Assembly (NCBI GenBank): GCA_963834385.1
Contig: CAWIBO010000002.1
Location: 800,001 to 864,000 of the forward strand
Direction of reading: 5' to 3'
Origin: an uncultured Verrucomicrobiae bacterium
GTDB lineage: Bacteria; Verrucomicrobiota; Verrucomicrobiia; Chthoniobacterales; UBA10450
Length of the DNA stretch: 64,000 bases
A program made the position numbers and the translations under genes. Within the stretch, counting starts at the first letter, position 1, and every line of letters starts with the position of its first letter. The notes beneath the pieces are model-generated. The model had not been told where the DNA came from. It made no database searches and saw only the letters and a program-made list of their open reading frames with translations. Positions 10,923 through 20,577 of this stretch are shown in pieces.

Positions 10923-11327
10923 TTAGTGATGACCGTAGGGCGAGAAGAAGTCGGTGCCGGCCACGTCGGAAAGCGCGTTCCAGGCGCCCGCCGGAGCTTT
11001 CGGCAGCGAATCGACGCTCTGCGCGCCGTAGCTGTTTCCGAAGATGTCCTGGCCCGTCTCGTAAAGGGTCGTCCCCTTCTTCAGGTAGTTGGTCCAGTCA
11101 CCCACGGCCACGGTCGTGCCGGTGGTCTTGTTGGTCTCGATCGCATACTGGTCGACCGCGGAGTCGATCAAACGGAGATCGTTCAGGATACGGCTGGCCT
11201 GCGAACGCTTACGGGCCCGGAGGAAACCGGGGACCGCGATCGCTGCGAGCAGCGCGATGATCGCCACAACGATCATGATTTCAACGAGGGTGAAGCCCCC
11301 GCGCTTTTTGTTGAACTTGTTTAACAT
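10923..11327 (-). CDS. Type IV pilin-like protein (copy B)
   Basis: MLNKFNKKRGG|FTLVEIM; 134 aa; 5 aa differences from copy A. Confidence 0.93.
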   Translation of the reverse strand: MLNKFNKKRGGFTLVEIMIVVAIIALLAAIAVPGFLRARKRSQASRILNDLRLIDSAVDQYAIETNKTTGTTVAVGDWTNYLKKGTTLYETGQDIFGNSYGAQSVDSLPKAPAGAWNALSDVAGTDFFSPYGHH

Positions 11328-11394
11328 CTTCTTGGTCTTTCTAGGTTTGTTTGATGGCAGAGAAGCAAGTCCCCGAAGTTTTCCTCTTCGTGGG

Positions 11395-11451
11395 CTCACA
11401 ACTCACTCCCTGCCGGCGGAGCCCGCCGACAGGCGTGTGAATCGTCAGCTC
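11395..11451 (-). repeat. 57-bp inter-pilin stem-loop element, copy 1
   Basis: Immediately follows the pilin A stop codon; near-identical to 10866..10922. Confidence 0.9.
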
Positions 11452-11856
11452 TTAGAGGTGACCGTAGGGCGAGAAGAAGTCGGTGCCGGCCACGTCGGAG
11501 AGCGCGTTCCAGGCGCCCGCCGGAGCTTTCGGCAGCGAATCGACGCTCTGCGCGCCATAGCTGTTCCCGAAGAGGTCTTTGCCCGTCTCGTAGAGGGATG
11601 TCCCCTTCTTCAGGTAGTTGGTCCAGTCACCCACGGCGACCGTGTTGCCGGTGGTCTTGTTGGTCTCGATCGCATACTGGTCGACTGCGGAGTCGATCAG
11701 ACGGAGATCGTTCAGGATACGGCTGGCCTGCGAGCGTTTGCGGGCCCGGAGGAAACCGGGGACCGCGATCGCTGCGAGCAGCGCGATGATCGCCACAACG
11801 ATCATGATTTCAACGAGGGTGAAGCCCCCGCGCTTTTTGTTAAACTTGTTTAACAT
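11452..11856 (-). CDS. Type IV pilin-like protein (copy A, promoter-proximal)
   Basis: MLNKFNKKRGG|FTLVEIM; 134 aa. Confidence 0.93.
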   Translation of the reverse strand: MLNKFNKKRGGFTLVEIMIVVAIIALLAAIAVPGFLRARKRSQASRILNDLRLIDSAVDQYAIETNKTTGNTVAVGDWTNYLKKGTSLYETGKDLFGNSYGAQSVDSLPKAPAGAWNALSDVAGTDFFSPYGHL

Positions 11857-11936
11857 TTTGATCTTACTTTCTGTATGTTTGCTTGGTTTGTTTGATTGCG
11901 ACCCGCGATACCCATCACGGATGTGGAGGTGTAGGA

Positions 11937-11952
11937 AGCAGGCGTGATGCCA
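11937..11952 (-). promoter_or_regulatory. Candidate sigma54 (-24/-12) promoter of the pilin array
   Basis: Minus strand TGGCATCACGCCTGCT = GG-N10-GC, 80 nt before the pilin A start. Confidence 0.7.
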
Positions 11953-12071
11953 AAGCGTCGGGTGATTACAATTTCTAGAAAACGCGTAAACCTCTGCGCC
12001 AGCGGGCCCCGGCTCGCGTCGTCCTTCCGTTTCCCTCGCCCCAGCCCTTTCCCCGTCTCCCCGTTTTCCCG

Positions 12072-13917
12072 GTGAATTTCCTCCGCCGTTTTTCCCGGCA
12101 TTCCCCCGGGCTCCCCCTTTATCTCTTTGCCGCCGTGCTGTGCCTGCGGCTTTTCGTCCTTTTGCGACTCACCGCCTCGCCCTTCCTCCTTCCACAAGGG
12201 GGCGACATGTTCTTCTACAACGAGTGGGCGCTCCGCATCGTCCGGGGCGCCTGGACCGATCATCTCGCTTTTTACGGGCTGCCCGGCTACCCCTGGCTCC
12301 TCGCCGGCCTTTATGGGCTCTTCGGTTATTCCCCTTTCCTGCCCGCCTTTCTCCAAGCCTGTCTCGAGGCGGGGACCGCAGTGCTCATCCTGAAACTGGC
12401 AGAAATCGTTTTCGCTCGAGAAGGTTCCGACCTCTTCCCGGCCCGCGTAATCGGGACCAGCGCCGCGGTCGGGTGGGCCTTCTTCGTTCCTGCCCAGGTC
12501 TACGCGGCCATCCTCATGCCCACCGCCTGGCTGGTCTTCGTCTTTTGGTTCGTGGTTTGGGCGGTTCTCCGGCGCCCGTATGCTCCCGGCTGGCCCGGCG
12601 CGGCCGCGCTCGGCCTGCTGATTGGTCTCACCGCCACCGGCGTCGCCACCATTCTTTTCCTTCTTCCGCTTCTCTTCGCCGCGCTTTTCTTCCGCGCGCG
12701 CCCGGGTGCCCGGGCGTGGCGACCGCTCGCGGCGGCCCTGGCCCTTGCGGCCGGGCTTCTCCTCGGCACCTCACCGGCCTGGGCCCACAATTATTTCGTG
12801 GCGCGCGACCCGGTTTTCCTTTCCGCGCACAGCGGGATCAATTTCTGGATCGGCAACAATCCGGAGGCCAGCGGTTACCCGCGGTTCCCGCCCGGTCTCC
12901 GCGCCGGCCAGGCGGCCATGCTGCAGGACTCGATCAGCGCCGCCGAGACCGCGGCGGGACGTCCTCTCCGGCGTTCGGAAGTTTCACGCTACTGGTCGGC
13001 CAGGGCCAGGGAATACATCCAGGCCGAGCCGGGGGCGTTTCTGCGGCTGCTCGGGCGCAAGATCCTCAATTTCTGGAGCGCCTTTCAATATGATGATCTT
13101 AGCATCATCACCAGTTTCCGGGAGAACGGCATCGTTTGGCCGGGACCGGCCTTTGGCCTTGTGGCCATCCTGGCCTGGCCCGGAATGGTTCATGGCCCTG
13201 CGGGCGTTCCCGCGTTCGCGCTGGATCATGGCCGCGGTTCTTTTGCACCTCGCGGCGCTCCTCCCGGTCTTCGTGACCGAACGCTACCGGCTCGCCGCCG
13301 TGCCCGGCCTGCTGCTTTTCGCCGCGGCCGGGCTTTTTCTTCTTTGGCAGAGCATGGTGCAGCGCTCCTGGGCGCGCGCGGCGGTTTATCTTGGCGTTCT
13401 CTTTGCCGCTACCGCGCTCCTGGCGCGTGCGCCCCGCGAGCCTTCGCTCTGGGCGCTCGACGCCTATAATTCCGGATGGCAGGCGCTCGCGGCCGGCAAC
13501 CTTCCCCTTGCGGAAACGAAACTGGAACGCGCCCTCGCCTATGTGCCCGACAACGCGGAATCAAACTTTGCCCTCGGCAATCTCCGGCATGCCCAGGGAA
13601 ACCGCGCCGCCGCGCGCGCCCGCTACCAGGAAACCCTCTTGCTTGAGCCCCGGCACAAAGGCGCGCTGAACAACCTTGGGCTGCTTGCCCTTGATGAAAA
13701 CAGACCCGGCGAAGCCGCGGACTTTTTCGAGCAGGCCCTGGCGGTCGCTCCGCTGGAACCCAAAAGCCATTACCTGCTCGCACAGGCCCGCCTCGCGCTC
13801 GGAGATTTCGACGGGGCCCGGGCCGCGCTTACGCGGGCGCAGGCGCTGCGATCGCTCCCTGAATTCGAGACGCTCGCGCGCGAGATCGACGAACGATCAG
13901 GGAACGGCCGGCGCTGA
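12072..13917 (+). CDS. GT-C (PMT/ArnT-like) membrane glycosyltransferase with C-terminal TPRs; one +1 frameshift near 13187
   Basis: GDMFFYNEWA, PGYP, NFWIGNNPEASG, ERYRL, then TPRs. ORFs 12072..13469 and 12622..13917 join if one G is removed from ATGGTTC. Confidence 0.8.
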
Positions 13918-15435
13918 GACCGGGGCTTGGTCCAGCTTCCCGCCCTTGCGCGCCAGCACCACGAAGTGCCCCTCGGGCGTGGCGCGGATGAAGCGGTAAT
14001 GGGCGTTGCACCAAAGGACGAATGGATGGTCGGGCGGAGTAAAGGCGCGGGCCTTGGCCTCCAGAATGATCACTTCCGGACGCGCGCGTTGCAGTTCGCG
14101 TAGCAGACGCCCGGTGAGCGGACGAATCAGCGGTCCCAGCAGGACTGGATAATTGAAAATCACGCCGGAAGGCGGGGTGCGCCGGGTTTCAAAGTAAAAC
14201 CCGGTTTCGTTGCCCCATTCATAAAGGAACGCGTCCTCCGGGAGGGACGCGTCCAGTTGCCGCGCGAGATCCCGCGCCTCGTTGAAAATGTTGCCATACT
14301 TGAGCCGGGACCATTCGCGGGCGGGCAGGCGATAGAGGGGCGCTTCCAGGAAGAGCAGGGCGACAAGCAGCCCGGCCGTGGCTAGATGGCGCGGACCGAC
14401 GGGAAACTTTCCCCGGCCCGGGAGACCGGCCACGGCCAGGGCGGCCCCGATGGCCAGGAGCGGCAGCCAGAGCTGAAAATAATGAGGAAAGAACTTACCG
14501 GTCGCGGCCACGGCCAGATAGGTCGAACCCGCCCAGCTCAGGAGAAGAAGACCGCTGCGAAATTCGCGCCGGATAAAGGCGGCGACGAGACCAAGCAAAC
14601 TGAAGGCGCCGAGCAGGCCGAGGAGAAGCAAGGCGCCCAGCGGCAGCTCGGCCCGCCAGGCCTGCTGGATGTTGTGCAGGATATTGCCCGAATAAGCCCG
14701 GTTATAGGTAAAGACCGCCTCGATAAACGGAGCAAGACGCCCGGTGATCGCGAAATAGCCGAAGATGAAGATCCAGGCGAGCAGCCCGGCTGACCCAATC
14801 ACGATCAGGCCGAGGAGGAAACGCCCCGGCCGCCGGGGGAACGACAGGAGGCACCAGGTAATCCCCATGAGCACGGCATGGATGACCACGATCTGCTTGT
14901 AGAGCGAGGCGATGGCGAAAAGGGCCCCGACCGCGAAAAACCGGCGCCAGCCGGGCGGATGAGCGTGCCGGCTCACCATGAGGGCAAAGGCGAAGGTCAG
15001 GAAACCGTTGAGGAAAAGTTCCGTGTTGGGCTGGTTGCCTTCGAGCCAAAGATCACCGCTGGCCAGGGTCCAGATCGCGGCGGCCAGGAGCCCCGCGCTC
15101 CGGCTGCCGGAAGCCGAGGCCGCGGCGCGGTAACAGCCGAGGAGGACGATGACGCCGAAGCCGACATTGAGCAGGTAGATGGAAGCTGGTCCGTAGCTGG
15201 AGAAGATCTCCGCCGCGGCAAAAGTGGCGTGCAGAATGGGCGGCTTATGGTCCCAAAGATCGGTGTAAAGCTGGCGGCCCTGGAGTAGCTCATGCGCGAT
15301 CACCGCATAGGTGGTGATGTCGCGTTCGAGCGCTTCGCCATAGGTATGAGCGCGCAGCGCGGCCAGTACCGCCGCCAGCGCGAGCAGGGCCACCAGCAGG
15401 CTGCGCTCCCGCTGCGCCCATTCCCACACCCGCAC
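13897..15435 (-). CDS. GT-C (ArnT/PMT-like) membrane glycosyltransferase
   Basis: ERDITTYA..LYTDLWDHKPP loop, NTELF, FFPHYF, many TM helices. Confidence 0.8.
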   Translation of the reverse strand: MRVWEWAQRERSLLVALLALAAVLAALRAHTYGEALERDITTYAVIAHELLQGRQLYTDLWDHKPPILHATFAAAEIFSSYGPASIYLLNVGFGVIVLLGCYRAAASASGSRSAGLLAAAIWTLASGDLWLEGNQPNTELFLNGFLTFAFALMVSRHAHPPGWRRFFAVGALFAIASLYKQIVVIHAVLMGITWCLLSFPRRPGRFLLGLIVIGSAGLLAWIFIFGYFAITGRLAPFIEAVFTYNRAYSGNILHNIQQAWRAELPLGALLLLGLLGAFSLLGLVAAFIRREFRSGLLLLSWAGSTYLAVAATGKFFPHYFQLWLPLLAIGAALAVAGLPGRGKFPVGPRHLATAGLLVALLFLEAPLYRLPAREWSRLKYGNIFNEARDLARQLDASLPEDAFLYEWGNETGFYFETRRTPPSGVIFNYPVLLGPLIRPLTGRLLRELQRARPEVIILEAKARAFTPPDHPFVLWCNAHYRFIRATPEGHFVVLARKGGKLDQAPVSAPAVP

Positions 15436-15457
15436 GGAAAAGATGGAAGGAGCGGCT

Positions 15458-16219
15458 TTAATGCGCTCCAGCCTGCGCCGGGCGCGTGTTCGTCACCAGC
15501 CAATTTTCGCGGGCGCGCACCCGGGAAAAATCGCGCAGCATGTGGAAACCCATCCGCGCGATCTTGCGAAAGTTGATGCTGTTTTCGCCGCCCTGGCGCG
15601 CGCGGAAATGGATCGGGTGATGGATCCAGCGCAGGCGCGGTTGCTGCGAGAGGGCGTAGGTCACGGCGATGTTTTGAATATCGAAATCGGGCGGAACCAC
15701 CTCGAGCGCGCGGGCCAGGACCGTTCCCCGCATCAGGCGATAAGGCACGTTGGCGTCGCGCATCCAGGTGCCGGTGGCGAGAAAAAGCAGGGCACGACAT
15801 CCGCGTGAGACGATCAACCGGCCCAGGCCGTCGCCGCGCGACCGGCGAAAGCCGAAAACGCAATCGCTGTCCTGCCGGGCTTCCCACATGTCCGCAAAAT
15901 ACGCCGGGTCGCATTGCCCGTCGGAGTCGAGCTGGAAGATCCATTTTGCGCCCGCGGCCACTGCCAGGTCGTAGCCTTGGCGGCAAGTGCGGCCATGGCC
16001 GGAGTTGGATTTGTGCACCACCTGCAGACGCGCGCCGAACCGTGCCGCCAGTTCGTCCAGGACCGGCCCGGTCGCATCACGCGAGCCATCGTTCAGGGTA
16101 ATGAGCTGGAAATCCGGGCAGGCCTTTCCCAGACATTCCATCCACTCGGTAACAACGGAGGCAATGTTGGCCTCCTCGTTGTAGACGGGCATGACCGCGA
16201 CCAGCCGGGGTGAATTCAT
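15458..16219 (-). CDS. GT2 polyprenol-phosphate glycosyltransferase (DPM1-like)
   Basis: MPVYNEE, NDGSRDAT, NSGHG, DSDGQ motifs. Confidence 0.88.
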   Translation of the reverse strand: MNSPRLVAVMPVYNEEANIASVVTEWMECLGKACPDFQLITLNDGSRDATGPVLDELAARFGARLQVVHKSNSGHGRTCRQGYDLAVAAGAKWIFQLDSDGQCDPAYFADMWEARQDSDCVFGFRRSRGDGLGRLIVSRGCRALLFLATGTWMRDANVPYRLMRGTVLARALEVVPPDFDIQNIAVTYALSQQPRLRWIHHPIHFRARQGGENSINFRKIARMGFHMLRDFSRVRARENWLVTNTRPAQAGAH

Positions 16220-16304
16220 CCCCCACGGCAGAGCAGGAACTTTGCCGCCGCGGGACGCAGGCGCGCCATTGTTTTTCCCGCCCGCCTGCGACAGGCTAGC
16301 GGGC

Positions 16305-17567
16305 ATGTCACCCGTCTCCTCGCGTTCCCTGACCGCCGCCCTGGCCCTGGTTCTCGTTCTTGGGTTTTTTCTGCGATTGCCTCCCGGTCTTTTCCACAGC
16401 CCCGACGCGCCCCTGTCCGCAATCGAGTTTCTGCATCCCGAGCCGAAGTGGGACCGGCTTGGCTTCGATGAAGGCCTTTACCGCAATTATGTCGAGAGCG
16501 TGATCAAGGTCGGGCTCGGGAACTATCCTTCGATCGTCGATCGTTACATCGAGGTGCAGAAGACCCTCACCGGCTCCATCCTGCCGCCGCTGCGCTTCCT
16601 TTACATCGGCACCTCCTATCTCTGGCATTGTCTCTTCGGCACCGATGCCATGGCGTCACTGAATGCGGTCGCTTCGTTCTTCAGCATGCTTACCCTGCTG
16701 CTCTCGACCGTTTTCGCGTGGCGGCTCAAGGGCGAACGCTTTGCCCTCGGGATCGCCCTGCTCGTGGCGGTGGCGCCCACCCAGCTCCACATGTCGCAGC
16801 ATGCCCTGGTGGACGGTTTCTTCACCTTCTGGGCCCTGCTCGTTCTCTGGCTTCTCTGGGAAAATCTGCAGAACCCCCGCCGGCTCCCGTTCCTCGCGGG
16901 CTACACCGTGGCGCTTTCCCTGCTCGTCCTGACCAAGGAAAACTCATTCTTTGTCTTTGTTGCGCTCTGCGTCTTGCTCCTGACCAATCGCTGGCTTCGT
17001 TTCGGCACCGTCACACGCGAGCTGCTCGTCGCCACTTTCCTCGGTCCCCTCCTCGGCGTGGTCATCCTCGTTTTCCTCGCCGGCGGCCTGGAGACCATGC
17101 GCGCCAGCTACACCCTTTCCGTCGGCAAAAATTATCACCTGCAATACGCCCTCCTCACCGGAGACGGTCCCTGGCACCGTTACCTCGTTGATCTCATGCT
17201 GGTCAGTCCGGTCGTTGTCCTCCTGGCCGTGGCCGCGATCTTCCGGCTGCGGCGCGAGCAAAAGCCGGAGCTTTATCTCACCGTCTTCGTCGCCACCAGC
17301 TACCTGATCATGTGCAACCTGCGTTACGCCATGAACCTGCGTTATGCCAACATGTGGGATTTCCCTCTGCGCCTTCTTGCCCTGGGCCTGATCGCCGCGC
17401 TTTGTTCCGCCCTGCCGCGCGGCCGCGTCGTCGCCCTGGTCGTCGCAGTCCTTGGTCTCGCGGCGCTCGAGTTCCGCCAGTACACCATTCTGTTCGTCGA
17501 TTATCCGCTCTACGAACTCGTCACCGAAGGATTGCTCCGGGCCCAGAACATCCTCAAAACACGCTGA
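16305..17567 (+). CDS. Probable GT-C membrane glycosyltransferase
   Basis: GFDEGLY acidic motif after TM1, LTKE motif, polytopic membrane protein. Confidence 0.7.
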   Translation: MSPVSSRSLTAALALVLVLGFFLRLPPGLFHSPDAPLSAIEFLHPEPKWDRLGFDEGLYRNYVESVIKVGLGNYPSIVDRYIEVQKTLTGSILPPLRFLYIGTSYLWHCLFGTDAMASLNAVASFFSMLTLLLSTVFAWRLKGERFALGIALLVAVAPTQLHMSQHALVDGFFTFWALLVLWLLWENLQNPRRLPFLAGYTVALSLLVLTKENSFFVFVALCVLLLTNRWLRFGTVTRELLVATFLGPLLGVVILVFLAGGLETMRASYTLSVGKNYHLQYALLTGDGPWHRYLVDLMLVSPVVVLLAVAAIFRLRREQKPELYLTVFVATSYLIMCNLRYAMNLRYANMWDFPLRLLALGLIAALCSALPRGRVVALVVAVLGLAALEFRQYTILFVDYPLYELVTEGLLRAQNILKTR

Positions 17568-17575
17568 CGCCGCCT

Positions 17576-18679
17576 CTATTTCAACGCGGGCGCGGCGAGT
17601 CCGCGCTGCGTGACGAGGTAGACGGCGAAACTCCCGAGCCAGTGGCCCCCCTCGTAGTGTTCGCCCGTCACCGCCGCCAGTCCGGCCCGGCGATGGGCCG
17701 CCGCCGCCGTCGCGAGAGCCTGGCGCCGCGGATCTTCCGCGGGCAGGCCTGCACGTATGCCCTCCAGCATCCAGGCCCGGCTGAGATTCAGGCCGTCCAG
17801 ATGCGCCAGTTTCGGGTCGCTCGGATCGGGCGAGACCGCCACCGGCAGCCATTCCTTTTCGTCGCCCGCCGGGATTTGCGGAAGGAACTCGCGCAGCCAC
17901 TTTGCAAACTCCGCCGGGGTGAGGACGCGCCGCACTGCATCGGCTTCCCCGAGGCATGGGGAAAGGAAATCTTCCCCCGAGGGTTCGTAAGAGAGGGGAC
18001 AGTTCCGGTCGGCCAGGTAGAAATCCCTGATCCGGCCAGTCAACAGGGTGACCAGGCCGGCATCCTCCCGGCTTCGGGCGTAATCCAGCAGCAGGCCAAG
18101 GGCGAAGGCCGTCTGGTTATGTTCGCCGATCCGGACCGGGTGCGAAAGCTTCGGCAGCCATTGTGTGAGACGTTCGTGCGCGGCTTTTTCCAAAGGCTGC
18201 AGACTGGCCAGGAGTCGCCGGCCCAGCGGATCGTCCCATTCGCGGAGTTCCGCGCTCAACTGCATCAGCCAGGCAAGGCCGTAGGGGCGTTCAAAACTGC
18301 TCCGGCCGGCGCCACGCAGGTAGGCGGCTTCCTTCTCCAGATTCTCTTTGCTCAGACTTCGCGCCAGGGCAGCGCGCGCCTCCTCGGCAAAAGGCGCGTC
18401 CGGGAAGGTGCGAACCAGACGCACCAAAAGCCAGTGCCCATGCACCGAGGAATGCCAGTCGTAGCAGCCGTAGAACGCCGGGGTCAGTTCGCGCGGCGGC
18501 CGTGCGTCCGCGTCGCCTTGGAGGACATGGCTGATCTTGTTTGGATATTCCTTCGCCACGCAATCGAGCGCGAGCCGGGCAAAGCGTTCCCCTGCCGCGA
18601 CATCAAACCCGGCGGGTTCGGCGGCCTGGAGGCGGGCGAGCAGGCAGAAGATAGGGAAAAGCAGGGCAACCCGTTTCAT
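17576..18679 (-). CDS. Exported DUF2891-family protein
   Basis: EYPNK, FYGCYDWHSSVHGHW, FERPYGLAW, HLDGLNLSRAW, YEGGHWLGSFA. Confidence 0.85.
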   Translation of the reverse strand: MKRVALLFPIFCLLARLQAAEPAGFDVAAGERFARLALDCVAKEYPNKISHVLQGDADARPPRELTPAFYGCYDWHSSVHGHWLLVRLVRTFPDAPFAEEARAALARSLSKENLEKEAAYLRGAGRSSFERPYGLAWLMQLSAELREWDDPLGRRLLASLQPLEKAAHERLTQWLPKLSHPVRIGEHNQTAFALGLLLDYARSREDAGLVTLLTGRIRDFYLADRNCPLSYEPSGEDFLSPCLGEADAVRRVLTPAEFAKWLREFLPQIPAGDEKEWLPVAVSPDPSDPKLAHLDGLNLSRAWMLEGIRAGLPAEDPRRQALATAAAAHRRAGLAAVTGEHYEGGHWLGSFAVYLVTQRGLAAPALK

Positions 18680-18751
18680 TCCCGACTCATACGCCCAAAA
18701 CCGCCCTCTGGCACGCGCGGGGCCGGGTCGTGACGTTCTGCCGGTTCCTGT

Positions 18752-20290
18752 TCAGGCCACCTCGGCCAGGACGCGTTCGCGGAGCGAGGCGCTGCTGGCG
18801 ATCGTTTCCCGCAGCAGATGGCGGGACTCCGGCAACGGACGGACGCGCAGGCAGATCTGGTAGGCGAAGAGCGACCGCGAAAATCGGATCAGGAGACGAT
18901 TCAGAAAGAGAAGCGCGCGGCTGGCGCGATGGTGGCCAAGCGCGAGCGGGAACGGCGCCGGGACGCCGCGGGTCTCGAGCACTTCGTAGCCGGCCTGTTC
19001 CACGAGCGCGCGGAGCGAGCGGAAAGTGAAGAGGCGCCGGTGACCCAGCCCGAGAATGCCTTTGCGGCTGTAGTTGAACTGGCCGCAGGCGAGCATCCCT
19101 CGGGTGACAAAGAAGGCGACGTTGGCCGCGGTCAGGATCACCTCAGGCCGGCGGCCCTCCATGCGCCGGCGCATTTCGTCCATGAAACTTTCCGGATCGT
19201 GCATGTGCTCGATCAGGTCCATCAGCAGGATGTGATCGTAGCGCCCCAGGTCGCGGGGGAGGCGCGGGGCCGGGACGGAAGGGGCGGCCCCCTCGCCCGC
19301 AATCTCGTTCGCGGCAAAGTCGATGGCCTCCACCTTGCAAAGACGCTCTCTCAGCTCCGCCGCGACATTGGCGTGCCCGAGCCCGAGCTGCAGCACGTGT
19401 CGGCCGGCCGGGCAGGACTCCACCGCGAAAGTTTGCGAGGAGCAAAAGCCGAGCTTGTCGCTGTGCGGGCCGGTGGAGGGATTGACGTCAAATTTCCGGT
19501 CGTAAAAGAGATGAATCCCGCAAAGGCGCGCCTTGACCGTGGAACGGAAGACATCCCAGGCATATTTCATCCCGTTGACGTGACAAACCTCGTCGCCATA
19601 AAAGGTCGGGATCGGGAGTTCCGCGATCCGGAGCTTGCGCAGGACGAACTGGATGATGATCTCCGTGTCGAAATGGAAATCGCCGGTGTTCCGCTCGAAC
19701 GGGACCTCCCTGAGGGCGCGGGTGGTGTAAAGGCGGTAGCCGGTATGGAACTCCGAGAGCCGGGTCCCGAGCATCCGGTTCTGGAAAGCGGTCAGGATCT
19801 GGTTGCCGATCCACTTGTAGGCCGGCATCCCGCCCGCCCGGGCGGCCCGCTTGTCGATCATGCGCGAACCAAAGACCGCATCGGCCTGGTCGTGCAGGAG
19901 CGGCGGGAGCAGGTCCGGGAGTTTTTCCGGGGCATACTGGCCGTCCCCGTGCACCAGGGCGACGATATCGAAGCCGTGATCGATGGCGTAGCGATAACCG
20001 AGTTTCTGGTTGCCGCCGTAGCCCTGGTTTGAGGGGGTGCGCAGGACCGTGATCTTGCAGGCAGCGTGGCGCTCCTGAAACCGAAGTCCGCGGGAGAAAG
20101 TGCTGTCCCGCGAGGAATCGTCGATGATCAGGACCTCGACATTCTCCTGCTGCAGCGAGGCCGGGATGCGCCGGAGAACCTGTTCGATGGTGCTCTCGGC
20201 GTTATAGGCGACGATGAAGATAAGCAGGCGTTTTCCGCGAAGATCCAGGCGATCAGCGGCGGCCGCGGGGTTGAGCAGCGGGTGGCGCAT
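18752..20290 (-). CDS. Bifunctional GT2 glycosyltransferase / class I SAM-methyltransferase-like protein
   Basis: N-terminal VAYNAE, IDDSSRD, NQGYGGNQK, HGDGQY; C-terminal VLQLGLG...MDLIEHMHDP. Confidence 0.85.
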   Translation of the reverse strand: MRHPLLNPAAAADRLDLRGKRLLIFIVAYNAESTIEQVLRRIPASLQQENVEVLIIDDSSRDSTFSRGLRFQERHAACKITVLRTPSNQGYGGNQKLGYRYAIDHGFDIVALVHGDGQYAPEKLPDLLPPLLHDQADAVFGSRMIDKRAARAGGMPAYKWIGNQILTAFQNRMLGTRLSEFHTGYRLYTTRALREVPFERNTGDFHFDTEIIIQFVLRKLRIAELPIPTFYGDEVCHVNGMKYAWDVFRSTVKARLCGIHLFYDRKFDVNPSTGPHSDKLGFCSSQTFAVESCPAGRHVLQLGLGHANVAAELRERLCKVEAIDFAANEIAGEGAAPSVPAPRLPRDLGRYDHILLMDLIEHMHDPESFMDEMRRRMEGRRPEVILTAANVAFFVTRGMLACGQFNYSRKGILGLGHRRLFTFRSLRALVEQAGYEVLETRGVPAPFPLALGHHRASRALLFLNRLLIRFSRSLFAYQICLRVRPLPESRHLLRETIASSASLRERVLAEVA

Positions 20291-20349
20291 ACGGCGGAAA
20301 AACAGCTAGAACCGGGCCATAAAGCGCCCCGGCGACTCCCTCCTGGAAA

Positions 20350-20507
20350 GGTAGGGCGAGACTCCGTCGAGCCTGGGAGCAGGCGAACCAGGAGATTTAC
20401 CGCAGAGGGCACAGAGGAAGACGAAGGGCCGGGAGTTAGCCCTCGTCGCGACTTCGCTTCACAGGTGGCGGCGCGTGCTCTCAGGCTCGACGGAGTCTCG
20501 CCCTACC
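20350..20507. repeat. REP-doublet/REPIN-like element with 32-bp terminal inverted repeats
   Basis: GGTAGGGCGAGACTCCGTCGAGCCTGGGAGCA (20350-20381) is inverted at 20476-20507 with 1 mismatch. Confidence 0.9.
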
Positions 20508-20529
20508 GGAGAAGCCAGCCGCCCCTACG

Positions 20530-20557
20530 ATTCACCATTCACGACTCACGATTCACG
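20530..20557 (+). repeat. Heptamer tandem repeat (ATTCACG-like x4)
   Basis: attcacc attcacg actcacg attcacg. Confidence 0.75.
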
Positions 20558-20577
20558 CCCTCGTTCCCCAGGAAACC

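Noticed and set aside
10398..11856. Electrically conductive (Geobacter-type) e-pilins
   Set aside because: F1, F24 and Y50 are present, but aromatic residues at 27, 32, 51 and 57 are absent and there is a 25-residue aromatic-free gap.
10866..11856. Diversity-generating retroelement or integron cassette array
   Set aside because: No reverse transcriptase or integrase in the window, differences between copies are not adenine-restricted, and the hairpins lack attC GTT/AAC ends.
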